A DNA stretch of 27,795 nucleotides from Anaerolineae bacterium (GCA_038324715.1 JBBQIG010000001.1:1-27795); one strand, 5' to 3'. Shown: positions 7,465 through 17,739, counted from the first letter of the stretch. The notes: generated from the sequence alone by a model not told the origin. A program made the numbers and translations.

Positions 7465-10134
7465 CTAGCCGAGCCAGCCCAACTCTCTGGCTTTGGCCGC
7501 GGCCTGGGTGCGGTTGCTGACATCCAACTTATCGCAGATGTTGGCGACGTGCTTCTTTACCGTCTCAGCAGATATGATTAATTGCTCGGCGATCTCGCGG
7601 TTGATTAAGCCAGCGGCGAGCAATTGCAAAACTTCCTGTTCGCGCGCAGTCAACGGTTCCAACAGCATCTTCTCTGCCTGGGGAGAGCCGGAGTGGTTGG
7701 CACCAAACGCGGCCAAAAGCTGCTCGACATAGTCAGGCATCACCGCACGCGACTGAGCTTCCTGCAACAGCCGAGCCATAGGCAGACCGAGGTCGACGAA
7801 GAGGCGCACGCAGCCTTCAGATTCAGCCATACGCAGGGCAGTTTCCAGTGAGGTCATTGCTTGCACCTGCTGCCCTCGCTTTGCGTGTGCGAGCGATTGA
7901 AGGGCCAGCGCCTCGGCCTGGACACCGGCTCTGCCTTCCACTCCCGCCACCACGAGCAATCGTCCAAGCAGCGACAGTGCACGCTCGACCGATGGCAGAT
8001 CGCCTTTGACAATCTGCACGCGTGCAATGGCGAGGTGAGTCACCTCGCTTTCTGGCCGTTGCTCGAGTGCGCCACCCTGCTGCATCGCATCGGCCCAGTT
8101 TACCGCGGCACGCAACTTATCTTGTGCCAGCCAGAGTTCAAGTTGGCAACGCTCGAAGCGGCTGGTCCAATCCGCAAACGGAGCCTTTTCCACCAGCGGG
8201 CGCGCCTGCTCCAAGTATTGCGCCGCCACGTTGACATCACCTTCCGAAAGCTTCAATCGCGCCGTGATAACACAACCAGCAATCAGTGCCCGTATGTCGC
8301 CACCCAGTTCGGCGCGTTCTAGCCCACGCGACAGATGATCTCGCGCTTCCTGCAGTTGGTTCCACTCGTAAAGAAGCTCGCCCATCCGTATATAGACCCA
8401 GCCGATGACCGGGAGTGAAAGGCGGCCCCAATTCTCACGATCCTGGATGCACGCGAGTGCCTTTCTCCAGTAATCAGCAGCACTGTGCAAACGTCCCTGT
8501 CGCAGATCGAGATCGGCAAGCGCACCGAACAGATGCACAGACTGGACACGGATGCCAGGCGCACGTGCGAAGTCAAGCGCCCTTACATAGCACGCTTTCG
8601 CTTCCTGCCAGCGCCCATTCTGGCGGTAGGTATCGCCTAGCGCGCCATATATTCCTGGTCGAAAGCCAAGATCCTCCTCTGGTAGATCTCGCAGCGCCCG
8701 ATCAGCAAAGCCCTCTGCTTGCTTCAGATCATTCATAATGCAGGCCATGAAACATCGGACAGCTGTCACCCTTGCCAATTGTTGGCGTCGATCTTTGCTC
8801 TCTGCGGGCAGCAGTTTCTGTTCAACTTCATCAAGGCAGTGGAGACAAGACTCAAATGCACCCGTGTAGGCGAATAAACCTGCTTGAGCAAGAGCAAACG
8901 GAGGATAAGCGGCAATCCACTCCGCGGGGATCAAGTCGAACCACCGCTTTATAAGCCGGAGTTCGCCAGCCATCAACTTTGCATTCACGTAACGGTTGAA
9001 GATCTGAACGAGGAGTTCAAGATTCTTCCCTTCAACCGCATGGTGAAAGGCTGGTTCCGCTAGATCACGCTCCAGATACCAGCGGGCGGCGCTGCTGTGG
9101 AGGTCAGCGACCTCTTCTGGGTGGCGGCGAGTAAACTCTTCGCGCAGGAAATCGGCAAAGAGCCGGTGATAACGAAACCAGTGGCGACTGTCATCCAATG
9201 GGACGAGGAAGAGATTGTCTCGTTCCAGGGCTTCCAGCATCCCCTGACTGTCTCCTTGCCCTGTAACAGCATCGCATAATGGGGCACATAGGCGATCCAG
9301 GATACTAGTTTGGAGCAGGAATTGTCGCATGTTCTCTGACAGATAAGCGAGCACATCTTGATTCAAATAATCAGCGATGAAACGATGTCGTCCACTAATG
9401 ACTAGCGGATCTCTCCCTCCGGCTCGACGCTGAAGTGTAAGCGCTACCAACTGCAGACCAGCAATCCAGCCCTCCATTTGGTCTTGCAACCTTGCAACTT
9501 CACCTTGAGCCACATCAAGTCCCATCACCCGCGTCAAGAAATCTGCTGTCTCTTCCTGCACAAACTGGAGTTCTTCAGTGCGCAACTCAAGCAGTTCCCG
9601 ACGAGCGCGATAGCGACTTAGGGGCAAAGGTGGCTCACTACGACCTGCTAAGACGAAGGTGAGAGCAGGGGGCAGATGGTCTAACAGGAATGTTAACGCT
9701 TGATGTATGGCAGGTTCTTCAATGAGATGATAATCGTCAAGGACAAAGACAATAGTGTCTGTCGACGAGTTGACAAGGTTGATGAAGGCGGGCAAGACTG
9801 CATTGATGTCTGGCATCATTGCGCTCAGACGCAGCCCCAGTGGACTCTCGAGAACGGCAGGCTGCACCTCCCCCCATGCCGCTACAAGGTAGCGCAAGAA
9901 ACGCTCGAGGTCATTATCCTCTTCGCCAAGCGACAGCCAAACAACAGGCATGCGGCTCGAGTTCGCCCATTGTGAAAGAAGCGTTGTCTTTCCATATCCA
10001 GCGGGAGCAGAGAGCAGAAGCAGTTTGTGATGAGGGATGCTACTTTCAAGAGTGTCGATGAGCCAAACGCGCGGCACAACATTCTGAGGTTTTGGGGGAA
10101 TCGTAAATTTAGTTACTAACAGAGAAGATTCCAT
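7465..10134 (-). CDS. MalT-like large ATP-binding LuxR-family transcriptional regulator (AAA + TPR + HTH)
   Basis: Walker A APAGYGKTTL, Walker B LDDYH, WFRYHRLFADFL and C-terminal LTAREQEVLQLLAAG...TVKKHVANICDKL. The GGAGG RBS favours ATG 10134 over 10146. Confidence 0.92.
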   Translation of the reverse strand: MESSLLVTKFTIPPKPQNVVPRVWLIDTLESSIPHHKLLLLSAPAGYGKTTLLSQWANSSRMPVVWLSLGEEDNDLERFLRYLVAAWGEVQPAVLESPLGLRLSAMMPDINAVLPAFINLVNSSTDTIVFVLDDYHLIEEPAIHQALTFLLDHLPPALTFVLAGRSEPPLPLSRYRARRELLELRTEELQFVQEETADFLTRVMGLDVAQGEVARLQDQMEGWIAGLQLVALTLQRRAGGRDPLVISGRHRFIADYLNQDVLAYLSENMRQFLLQTSILDRLCAPLCDAVTGQGDSQGMLEALERDNLFLVPLDDSRHWFRYHRLFADFLREEFTRRHPEEVADLHSSAARWYLERDLAEPAFHHAVEGKNLELLVQIFNRYVNAKLMAGELRLIKRWFDLIPAEWIAAYPPFALAQAGLFAYTGAFESCLHCLDEVEQKLLPAESKDRRQQLARVTAVRCFMACIMNDLKQAEGFADRALRDLPEEDLGFRPGIYGALGDTYRQNGRWQEAKACYVRALDFARAPGIRVQSVHLFGALADLDLRQGRLHSAADYWRKALACIQDRENWGRLSLPVIGWVYIRMGELLYEWNQLQEARDHLSRGLERAELGGDIRALIAGCVITARLKLSEGDVNVAAQYLEQARPLVEKAPFADWTSRFERCQLELWLAQDKLRAAVNWADAMQQGGALEQRPESEVTHLAIARVQIVKGDLPSVERALSLLGRLLVVAGVEGRAGVQAEALALQSLAHAKRGQQVQAMTSLETALRMAESEGCVRLFVDLGLPMARLLQEAQSRAVMPDYVEQLLAAFGANHSGSPQAEKMLLEPLTAREQEVLQLLAAGLINREIAEQLIISAETVKKHVANICDKLDVSNRTQAAAKARELGWLG

Positions 10135-10595
10135 AGAGACCTCCAATCATAACTTCAACATATCTATTGTATCTGTGCTGTCAACTGTTGGCTACAACCG
10201 CCCCCCTCGAAACCCGAAAAAGGTGGAACATATCCATATATTACTCCGTCAACATGATATTGAGACGAATAGCGGAGATGAGACTATATTTCCCTACTCT
10301 ATACCTGTCGGATGCGCCAGGGTATGCGGTGTCCATACTGGCAGGTAAAAAACTGGCGCAGACGCCGTTCTTATAAGATGGTAAGCATGTTACTCTTTAG
10401 ATACAGAGAACGTTACAGAAAAAGCAAGTAGTTGTCAGGTACACTACCTAGACTAGATGTAGCAATCGACTCGTTTTAACGTAGGAAAACGGTCTGAATT
10501 ATAGGTCACTAAAGTCAAACAGACCTTCAGCAGAGTTGATAGACTGAGAACAACACGGGAAATTACCCGACTGAAAGACGCAAAGGGAGATTCAA

Positions 10596-11816
10596 ATGAA
10601 CGCTCGAAAATTTGCTATCGTTACGCTAACTATCGTTTTGATACTTGCACTCTTCACCGGTGCCGTCAGCGCCTTGGGTGGCAATGCCGCTCCAGCAGTT
10701 CGCACGCAGTTGGCGAACGTGCGTGACTTTAGCTCGGTGAATGCTACTTCCGATAGCTATGCAGTAGATGGTGGAGTGCTCTTTCAGGGACAACCAGGTG
10801 CGTGGACACAAGTCAGCACGCCCGAAGACGTAATCGTGAGTGCAGTTGCAGTCAACAGCAATGACACAAACGTCGTCTACGTCGGCGCGGCCAATGAAAT
10901 GGCAATCTTCCGCACACTAGATAATGGACGCAGTTGGTTGCGTATCCCTTTAACTGAGAAATACATCGGTGGTGTCACCGACATCGCTATTGATGGCGCA
11001 CAGAGCATTGTTTATGTGGGTACAGACACAGCAGGTCTTTTCCGCCTTCGTGACGTTGGTTCCAGCGTAGTCTTGGGTGGTCACCTGTTGCTAGAGGAGC
11101 CAGTCTTGGAGGTTGTTGCCGACAGCACTGGTCAGGGCATGGCTTTTGCTCGCACAGCTTGGAACCTCTACCGAGCAGAAGATTTCGGTCTGGCTTGGGT
11201 CGCTGTGAACAATTTGCAAAGCACTGCAACAGCAGTTGCCATCGCCAATACGGAGCCTGCACAGGTCTATGTAGGAACAATGGATCGTGGCTTGCTCGTG
11301 AGCAACAATGGTCTTGAGTGGACAATGGCGAATCAGGGTCTGAACTTTGTACCTGGCTCACGCCTGATGATTAGCGACTTGGCAATTGATCCAGCGCAGC
11401 CCGAAGTGATGTACGTTGCCACCAGCTATCTGTATGGCACAAACGAGGTACACACCGCCCCTGGTGGTGTTGCTCTCAGCACAGATGGGGCACAGGCTTG
11501 GTCGCCCATCTATGAGGCTTCTAACCTAGCCGTTGCTGAACTTCTGCCGGTTAGTGGCGTTACGGGTGGCGTCTATGCTCTGACGAATGAGAGCCGCACA
11601 CCGTTAGCCCTGGGCAATGCGCCAGTAATCACCGAAGCTGTGGTCACGACGCAACCAGTTGCTGAGACGGGTGTTAGCTTGACCACCATCCTGGCTTGGG
11701 TCATTGCGGGTCTCGCCGCCCTAGCTCTAATCTTCGCAGTGGCAATGGATCTCCGCAGCCGCAGCCGCACGGAAGAGGAAAGCACACTTACTCCCAGCCC
11801 AGTACGCATTCGCTAA
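10596..11816 (+). CDS. Exported WD40/YVTN/BNR-like beta-propeller protein with C-terminal membrane anchor
   Basis: Signal peptide; Asp-box-like repeats (RTLDNGRSW, RAEDFGLAW, SNNGLEW, STDGAQAW); C-terminal VAETG, hydrophobic helix and RSRSR tail. GGGAGA RBS. Confidence 0.75.
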   Translation: MNARKFAIVTLTIVLILALFTGAVSALGGNAAPAVRTQLANVRDFSSVNATSDSYAVDGGVLFQGQPGAWTQVSTPEDVIVSAVAVNSNDTNVVYVGAANEMAIFRTLDNGRSWLRIPLTEKYIGGVTDIAIDGAQSIVYVGTDTAGLFRLRDVGSSVVLGGHLLLEEPVLEVVADSTGQGMAFARTAWNLYRAEDFGLAWVAVNNLQSTATAVAIANTEPAQVYVGTMDRGLLVSNNGLEWTMANQGLNFVPGSRLMISDLAIDPAQPEVMYVATSYLYGTNEVHTAPGGVALSTDGAQAWSPIYEASNLAVAELLPVSGVTGGVYALTNESRTPLALGNAPVITEAVVTTQPVAETGVSLTTILAWVIAGLAALALIFAVAMDLRSRSRTEEESTLTPSPVRIR

Positions 11817-11835
11817 GTAGACATTACAACAAATC

Positions 11836-11868
11836 AAGGGCCTCTCGGTTAGCCGAGAGGCCCTTTTC
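11836..11868 (+). terminator. Intrinsic terminator
   Basis: AAGGGCCTCTCGG-TTAG-CCGAGAGGCCCTT followed by TT, 20 bp after the stop. Confidence 0.9.
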
Positions 11869-11950
11869 TATTGGCCTAGAACTCTATTGGCCTTGTTTAA
11901 GGCCTTGGGCAATCTCCATCAAAACTTGATTGCTATGCAGCAGACATTCA

Positions 11951-12016
11951 GGGACATTCTTCCTCACCAGCGCGGGACTTTGTCTCATGACAGCGGGACA
12001 GCGTGCACAGTATGCT
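11951..12016 (+). promoter_or_regulatory. Putative response-regulator-dependent promoter of the CPBP gene
   Basis: GGGAC at 11951, 11974 and 11995 (23/21-bp spacing). The middle copy is a near-palindrome GGGAC-TTT-GTCTC. A -10-like TATGCT lies at 12011 with no consensus -35. Confidence 0.45.
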
Positions 12017-12086
12017 AAAGACATAGCTGCCACGCCGGCGGCAAGAGTATTGCGAAGAATGAAACATCTCAAAAAAGGAAATCCTT

Positions 12087-13034
12087 ATGTCTACGCTCGC
12101 AGTCAATCCAAAATCAACATTCGCTGTCTCTATCCGTCAATGGATCATCAACCATCCATTAGTCGCCTACTTCGTCATTGCCTTTGCGGGAACCTGGATC
12201 TTCGTGCTACCACTTGCGCTATCAAGCGGTGTGAATGGGTTACGACTCCTGCCTTTCACTTACTCAGAACCTGTGCTCTATTTATTAGGCACGCTCGGTG
12301 GTTTCGCCGGGCCACCATTGGCAGCTTTCGTCGTGACTGCCATTACGTTGGGGCGAACGGGTGTCAAGGAGTTGCTGCGTCGCTGTGTTCAATGGCGCGC
12401 GGGCATCCACTGGTATCTCATCGTTGCCTTCGGTGCACTGTTAGTCTATCTACTCGGCTTTGGCATTGTCTACGGAATGAACTTGTTTGGGGCTTTGCTA
12501 GACCAACCGACGCTGCTACTTTCGGTATTCTTAGCGGGAGCGCTTTTCAGCCTGGTAACAGCGAACTTTGGAGAAGAAGTGGGTTGGCGTGGTTTTGCCC
12601 TGCCGAGATTGCAGCAACGCTATGGTCCATTTGTTGCGACCATCATTCTGGGCACGCTACATAGCCTCTGGCATTTGCCCTTGCTCTTTACACCAGTGCT
12701 CGGACCGACCAACCTGCTCGATTTTGCTGGATTCATCGCCGCGGCACTCTTTATGACCTTTGTATACACTTGGATATTCAACAACACGCGAGGCAGCATC
12801 CTGATCGCCGCACTCTTTCATGCGTTTTCCAATGGAGCACTCGGTGTGATTGGTACGCTTATCCCCGCCGGTACAATTATCACTGGCTGGGCAGAACCCC
12901 TGGTCTCTGGCGGATGGAAAGGTGATGTTATCTTTCCCGTTGCCATTCCTGCACTCTTGCTGATTGCACTTACCAAAGGCCGGTTAGGCTACAGATTAGA
13001 ACAGACGCCGCAAAATAGAGCAACAGTAAAATAA
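12087..13034 (+). CDS. CPBP (CAAX/Abi) family intramembrane glutamic endopeptidase
   Basis: Multi-TM protein with GEEVGWRGFALPRL, HSLWHLP and ALFHAFSN motifs. Confidence 0.92.
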   Translation: MSTLAVNPKSTFAVSIRQWIINHPLVAYFVIAFAGTWIFVLPLALSSGVNGLRLLPFTYSEPVLYLLGTLGGFAGPPLAAFVVTAITLGRTGVKELLRRCVQWRAGIHWYLIVAFGALLVYLLGFGIVYGMNLFGALLDQPTLLLSVFLAGALFSLVTANFGEEVGWRGFALPRLQQRYGPFVATIILGTLHSLWHLPLLFTPVLGPTNLLDFAGFIAAALFMTFVYTWIFNNTRGSILIAALFHAFSNGALGVIGTLIPAGTIITGWAEPLVSGGWKGDVIFPVAIPALLLIALTKGRLGYRLEQTPQNRATVK

Positions 13035-13060
13035 CTAACCCTTACCGTGCAGTTGCGAAT

Positions 13061-13108
13061 TGCCACCATCCCGGTAGTTACAACAGTTCCGGGATGGTAC
13101 CAGTGGCA
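13061..13108. other. Inverted repeat / hairpin between the CPBP and kinase genes
   Basis: ACCATCCCGG (13065-74) / CCGGGATGGT (13089-98), with outer TGCCAC/GTGGCA. No U-tract follows directly. Confidence 0.5.
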
Positions 13109-13239
13109 GGTTGGGTAATTTTTGAAACGAAGTAATGCCTTGGCAGTTGCTGGCGAAAAGGTCATAACTCAAGTAAGATCAGGTGCAGTCACTGGGTTGC
13201 TCGAAGTCGGGTTTAACAACACGGAACCAGAAGATAGCT

Positions 13240-15423
13240 ATGCAATCTCACTCCACCTTGCTCGCCACTGTAGGCCACTCAGACCCACGCCCTTTGCCAG
13301 ATACACGCATCCACGGTACATGGCGTCTGCTAATCCAAGCAGCCAGTGCAATCATAGCCTCTCTTGCACTGATAATATTCCTAGCCAGTCTTCCAGTAGC
13401 CTATAGTTTCTGGCGTACCCTTTGTACTAGATCGACCTGTATCAACGGACAGATAGGCCCGGTGGGCGCACAAGCCTTGCAGGATCTGGGTCTTTCAATG
13501 TCACACTATGCTGGATATCTACTGGCGCTCAATCTACTCTTAGCCACCTTCTTTGTAACGAGTGCAGTCGTGATTGTGCTGCGTAAATCGGATGATTGGC
13601 TTGCGCTGGTTGTAGCTTTGATGCTCATTACCTTTGGCACAATGACCTTTTCAGACACAATGCACGGGTTTATCAGCGTTCACCCAGAGTGGTGGTTGCC
13701 AGCACAATTTGTCGCTTTTTTTGGCGATTTTGCCATTATGCTCTTTTTCTTCATCTTTCCCACTGGGCAATTCGTGCCACGTTGGGCGCCATTAATCGTG
13801 CTGCTTTGGAGTTTGATGCAAGGCTTTCGTCTCTTCTTTCCCGATACACCTTTTAACCTTGAAGTTTTCGCCCCCGTACTCTACCGGCTCCTGTTTACGC
13901 TTGGGCTTATCAGTGGCATATCGGCTCAAATTTACCGCTATCGTCGCATATCCGGCCCAGCACAACGCCAGCAAACAAAGTGGGTTGTCTTTAGTGTGAC
14001 CCTCGCCCTAGGTGCGACTGTGCTCATGAACCTACTCTTCCAGCAGTGGCAATCCGAAGAAGAGATTGCCTTCTTGCTGGTGTTGGGTAGCGCGCAAGTT
14101 TTGTTTATGGTATTGATACCCACCTCCATCGCCATAGCCGTCTTGCGCTACCGGCTATGGGAGATCGATCCTCTGATTAACCGAACGCTCGTCTATGGTG
14201 CCCTCACCCTCACGGTGATCGGCTTCTATGTTCTGGTTGTCGGCGGGTTGGGTACACTTTTTCAAGGGCAGGGGAATTTCTTCATTTCCATATTAGCCAC
14301 AGGTGTAGCCGCGATTCTGTTCGAGCCTGTGCGGATGCGCCTCCAGCGCAGCGTTGACCGCTTCATGTACGGTGAGCGTGATGAGCCTTACACCGTGCTG
14401 GCTCGCTTGGGTCAACGGCTGAAAGCAACCATTGCACCCGAAGCGCTTCTCCCTGCTTTGAGTGAAACAGTCGCTCAGGCACTCAAGCTGCCCTATGTTG
14501 CCTTGACCCTGAGACAAGGCGATAACAACTTTGAAACTGTTGCCTCCACAGGCATTCCACAGGACAATGTGCTCTGCTTGCCGCTGATCTATCAAACTGA
14601 AATCGTTGGACAATTGGTCGTTGCACCACGCGCACGCGGGGAAATCTTCTCGTCCACCGAGCTACGACTGCTAGAAGACATTGCACAGCAAAGTGGCGTG
14701 GCTGTACACGCGATGCGCCTAACACATGCCTTGCAACGTTCGCGTGAGCGGCTGATTTCCGCACGCGAAGAAGAGCGTCGCCGTCTGCGTCGCGATCTAC
14801 ACGATGGTCTAGGACCCGCACTGGCAAACTTGACCCTACAAACTGAAACAGCGCGCGATCTACTCATCTCTGATCCAGTGCGTGCCGATGCACTTTTGGC
14901 GGATTTAACGACCAAAGCACAGGCTGCTATCACAGATATTCGTCGCTTGGTCTATGATTTGCGTCCGCCTGCACTCGACGAATTTGGCTTGGTCTTTGCA
15001 TTGCGCGAGCAAGCGGCACAATATGAGCACCTCGGATTGAACACCACAGTGATTGCGCCGGAGCCGTTGCCACACTTACCCGCGGCAGTAGAAGTGGCAG
15101 CCTATCGTATTGCACAGGAAGCACTGACTAATGTTGCCCGTCATGCTCAGGCACGCACCTGTTTGATCCGACTGGATACAAGTCATGAACTGATCGTGGA
15201 GATTCGTGACGATGGCATGGGTTTGCCCACAAGCCGCCACTTGGGTGTTGGGCTGACTTCGATGCGTGAACGGGCAGACGAATTGGGTGGAACCTGGACG
15301 ATTGACTCCATGCCAGAGGGCGGCACGCGTGTAGTCGCCCGTTTGCCCCTGTCGGCTAATTACCATGAATACCATGGAAATGATTATGAATCTGAACTTG
15401 AAGATGAGAATGAAGATAAATAG
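13240..15423 (+). CDS. Membrane sensor histidine kinase (multi-TM input, GAF-like, HisKA_3, HATPase)
   Basis: Many hydrophobic helices; ERRRLRRDLHDGLGP (H-box), QEALTNVARHA, IRDDGMG and GLTSMRERA. ATG 13240 preferred over GTG 13183. Confidence 0.9.
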   Translation: MQSHSTLLATVGHSDPRPLPDTRIHGTWRLLIQAASAIIASLALIIFLASLPVAYSFWRTLCTRSTCINGQIGPVGAQALQDLGLSMSHYAGYLLALNLLLATFFVTSAVVIVLRKSDDWLALVVALMLITFGTMTFSDTMHGFISVHPEWWLPAQFVAFFGDFAIMLFFFIFPTGQFVPRWAPLIVLLWSLMQGFRLFFPDTPFNLEVFAPVLYRLLFTLGLISGISAQIYRYRRISGPAQRQQTKWVVFSVTLALGATVLMNLLFQQWQSEEEIAFLLVLGSAQVLFMVLIPTSIAIAVLRYRLWEIDPLINRTLVYGALTLTVIGFYVLVVGGLGTLFQGQGNFFISILATGVAAILFEPVRMRLQRSVDRFMYGERDEPYTVLARLGQRLKATIAPEALLPALSETVAQALKLPYVALTLRQGDNNFETVASTGIPQDNVLCLPLIYQTEIVGQLVVAPRARGEIFSSTELRLLEDIAQQSGVAVHAMRLTHALQRSRERLISAREEERRRLRRDLHDGLGPALANLTLQTETARDLLISDPVRADALLADLTTKAQAAITDIRRLVYDLRPPALDEFGLVFALREQAAQYEHLGLNTTVIAPEPLPHLPAAVEVAAYRIAQEALTNVARHAQARTCLIRLDTSHELIVEIRDDGMGLPTSRHLGVGLTSMRERADELGGTWTIDSMPEGGTRVVARLPLSANYHEYHGNDYESELEDENEDK

Positions 15424-15449
15424 ACTGTTCTACCGTGGGAGAAACTAAC

Positions 15450-16097
15450 GTGGATAAAATTCAAATTCTCATCGTCGATGATAATGCACCCCTGCGCGAG
15501 GGGCTGCGTACCCTATTGCAGTCCACGCCAGATATTGACGTGATCGGTGAAGCGGCAACTGGTGCGGAAGCCGTTGAGCAAGCAGCTCACTTGCAGCCAG
15601 ATGTGATCCTGATGGACATCAAAATGCCTGATCTAAACGGCATCGAAGCGACCCGTCGCATTGTCAATACCAGCCCCCACATCAGCATTCTCATCATGAC
15701 GATGTTTGAGGACGATGATTCCGTTTTTGCCGCGTTGCGCGCAGGGGCGCGTGGCTACCTATTAAAGGGTGCGCTAAAGGCGGAAATTCTGCGTGCCATT
15801 CGCGGCGTTAGCAATGGAGAGGCAATTTTCGGCCCCTCCATTGCCAAGCGCCTGATGCAATTTTTTGCCACACCCCGAGCCACCCTGATTCCCCAGGCAT
15901 TCCCAGAACTCACCGAGCGCGAACTCGAAATCCTTAAACTGATTGCCCAGCACCAGACCAACCCGGAGATCGCAGACCGCCTTTCACTTAGCCCCAAAAC
16001 TGTACGCAACAATGTTTCGAATATTTTCGCCAAGATTCAGGTTGCAGACCGTGCACAGGCAATCATCAGAGCACGCGAAGCGGGTCTGGATAAGTAG
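15450..16097 (+). CDS. NarL/LuxR-family response regulator
   Basis: ILIVDD, PDVILMDIKMP, GARGYLLKG and HTH LTERELEILKLIA...SPKTVRNNVSNIF. GGGAGA RBS favours GTG 15450. Confidence 0.93.
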   Translation: MDKIQILIVDDNAPLREGLRTLLQSTPDIDVIGEAATGAEAVEQAAHLQPDVILMDIKMPDLNGIEATRRIVNTSPHISILIMTMFEDDDSVFAALRAGARGYLLKGALKAEILRAIRGVSNGEAIFGPSIAKRLMQFFATPRATLIPQAFPELTERELEILKLIAQHQTNPEIADRLSLSPKTVRNNVSNIFAKIQVADRAQAIIRAREAGLDK

Positions 16098-16250
16098 AAC
16101 CTAGACCCGGGTTCATTCAGGATTTACAGGAGTTACTTTAGCACTTTAGGTCGCCATGCACACTCGCTTCTGTCATGCCTGGAACAATCCGCAGATCAAA
16201 CATGAGCGTGGTCATGTTCTGATAGGGATGTGGCCCCGTTCCAGCGCACC

Positions 16251-16284
16251 AAAGCACTGCCTCGCCTGGGCAAGGCAGTGCTTT
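16251..16284. terminator. Probable bidirectional terminator
   Basis: AAAGCACTGCCT / AGGCAGTGCTTT 12-bp perfect inverted repeat between convergent genes. Confidence 0.8.
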
Positions 16285-16370
16285 AACAAGTGGCAAATAG
16301 TAGTTAACGAGAGAGACTAGAGAGGCTATGTTGCTAGCAAAACTTGGAAGTCTAGCTCATACCTTGCGAC

Positions 16371-17588
16371 CTACTTGCCCGCGTCCATCTCACCCGCATT
16401 CATTTCATAAGGATAAGGGAGGGGCGTAGGTGTCTTGGTCATCCCATAAATAAGCACGACCATTGTCGGTGTTGGCTCGGGATTGTATGGCACTGACTTC
16501 GTAACCACCGTAGGTTGTGCAGGTTGCATTGTACTTATCGGTGTGGCTGTGGCTGGCATAGAATGCGCTGTGGGCACTGCGTTCTGACCCGAACCCAGTT
16601 GATTCGTGGCAGATGGCTCAACCGCTTGCGGTTGCGAGGCATCATCTAAACTGTTCTCATCTAAACTATACGGATACGGCAAAGCAGTAGGCGCACTGGT
16701 TGCAAGCAGAGCTAAATGGAACGGGGTAGGTGTAGCCCCAGACGGGGGTTGTGGCGTAACGGCAGGCGGAGAAATTGCGTACTGGAGTGGAATCTCAGTG
16801 GGTACCCTTGTTGCAGTTGCTATTGCCGTCTCTGCGCTTGTCTTATCCGTAGCAACGGAGGGATTCGCAGGTACGCCAGCATCGACAACGGGTGGAGCAG
16901 TGGTAGAGGGTCCAGCCAATACGGTCACTGCCACAGGCCCTGTCATACCCCGACGCAGCGCGGTCTGGTAATCCACATCCACAACCCAGTTGCGCTCTAA
17001 CAAATAGTTAACATGATGCGCAGCCGCCACGTCCGCCACTAAAAAGGGGCCTTCAACCTTGCCATCTGCCCATTGCAGCCAGACGCGACGATTCAGATCG
17101 CCCACGCGCAACAATGCCACATGACCAATGCACTCACTACAGGTCGAAAGATGTCCCATTGCCATCCGATTCGCCACGACCTCGCGCATAACGTTGGGGT
17201 TGTAATACATGGCAAGACCACTCAACGGCAAAGGTGAAGCCTGACTGTACGCAGGATTGAGCGCAACATTCGGCTGTGAACGTGATGTTGCGGCTGTGAT
17301 GGATGGAGTAGCAGTGGGAGGTACGGGAGTGGGCGGGACAGTTGATATACTGTTAGGATGGGGCTGGTTCACATCAACTTCATCGTCAGCCACAGCTCTA
17401 TTGTGCGAACCAACAGAGAGATCAAAGGGCCAAGAAAGCAAAACATCAGGAGGGGTTGCCTCTTTTTCCTTGGCAAAGACTTCAGAGCGAGTGGAAAAAA
17501 TGGGAAAAGATTGTGGGGGATTCTCGGCAACAACTTCGATCAGAGCGAACAAACTTATGGATGCAAAAGCAATATAAATTAAACGCAT
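16371..17588 (-). CDS. Exported Pro/Thr-rich protein with a central RlpA/DPBB-like globular domain (tentative)
   Basis: Hydrophobic N-terminus; globular aa ~122-224 (GLAMYY...[10 protein letters not shown]...VVDVDYQTA) flanked by [10 protein letters not shown]-type low-complexity sequence. Confidence 0.6.
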   Translation of the reverse strand: MRLIYIAFASISLFALIEVVAENPPQSFPIFSTRSEVFAKEKEATPPDVLLSWPFDLSVGSHNRAVADDEVDVNQPHPNSISTVPPTPVPPTATPSITAATSRSQPNVALNPAYSQASPLPLSGLAMYYNPNVMREVVANRMAMGHLSTCSECIGHVALLRVGDLNRRVWLQWADGKVEGPFLVADVAAAHHVNYLLERNWVVDVDYQTALRRGMTGPVAVTVLAGPSTTAPPVVDAGVPANPSVATDKTSAETAIATATRVPTEIPLQYAISPPAVTPQPPSGATPTPFHLALLATSAPTALPYPYSLDENSLDDASQPQAVEPSATNQLGSGQNAVPTAHSMPATATPISTMQPAQPTVVTKSVPYNPEPTPTMVVLIYGMTKTPTPLPYPYEMNAGEMDAGK

Positions 17589-17739
17589 AACATTTCCTTA
17601 GGTGACTACAGGCACGGTAGCAATGAGCATTGAGCGATGGTTAACCTACCTATAGAAAGAATGTTCTTTGGTCTTATGGTTTCAATGGTTGTCAATAGGC
17701 ATTTCTCCTAAGCTCAATCAAGATGAAGGTAGGTACACC

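Noticed and set aside
10555-10592. c-di-GMP-I riboswitch (GAAA...GACGCAAAG)
   Set aside because: The motif runs straight into the RBS, leaving no room for the second stem and P1 closure.
11930-12664. 244-aa overlapping ORF, and the many 60-170 aa antisense or alternate-frame ORFs (e.g. 5729..6247, 7861..8322, 26526..26999)
   Set aside because: They lie over well-supported genes and show no motifs or clear RBS, as expected for shadow ORFs.
16138-16165. CIRCE element (TTAGCACT...)
   Set aside because: No second half-site GAGTGCTAA at 9-bp spacing, and no chaperone gene nearby.
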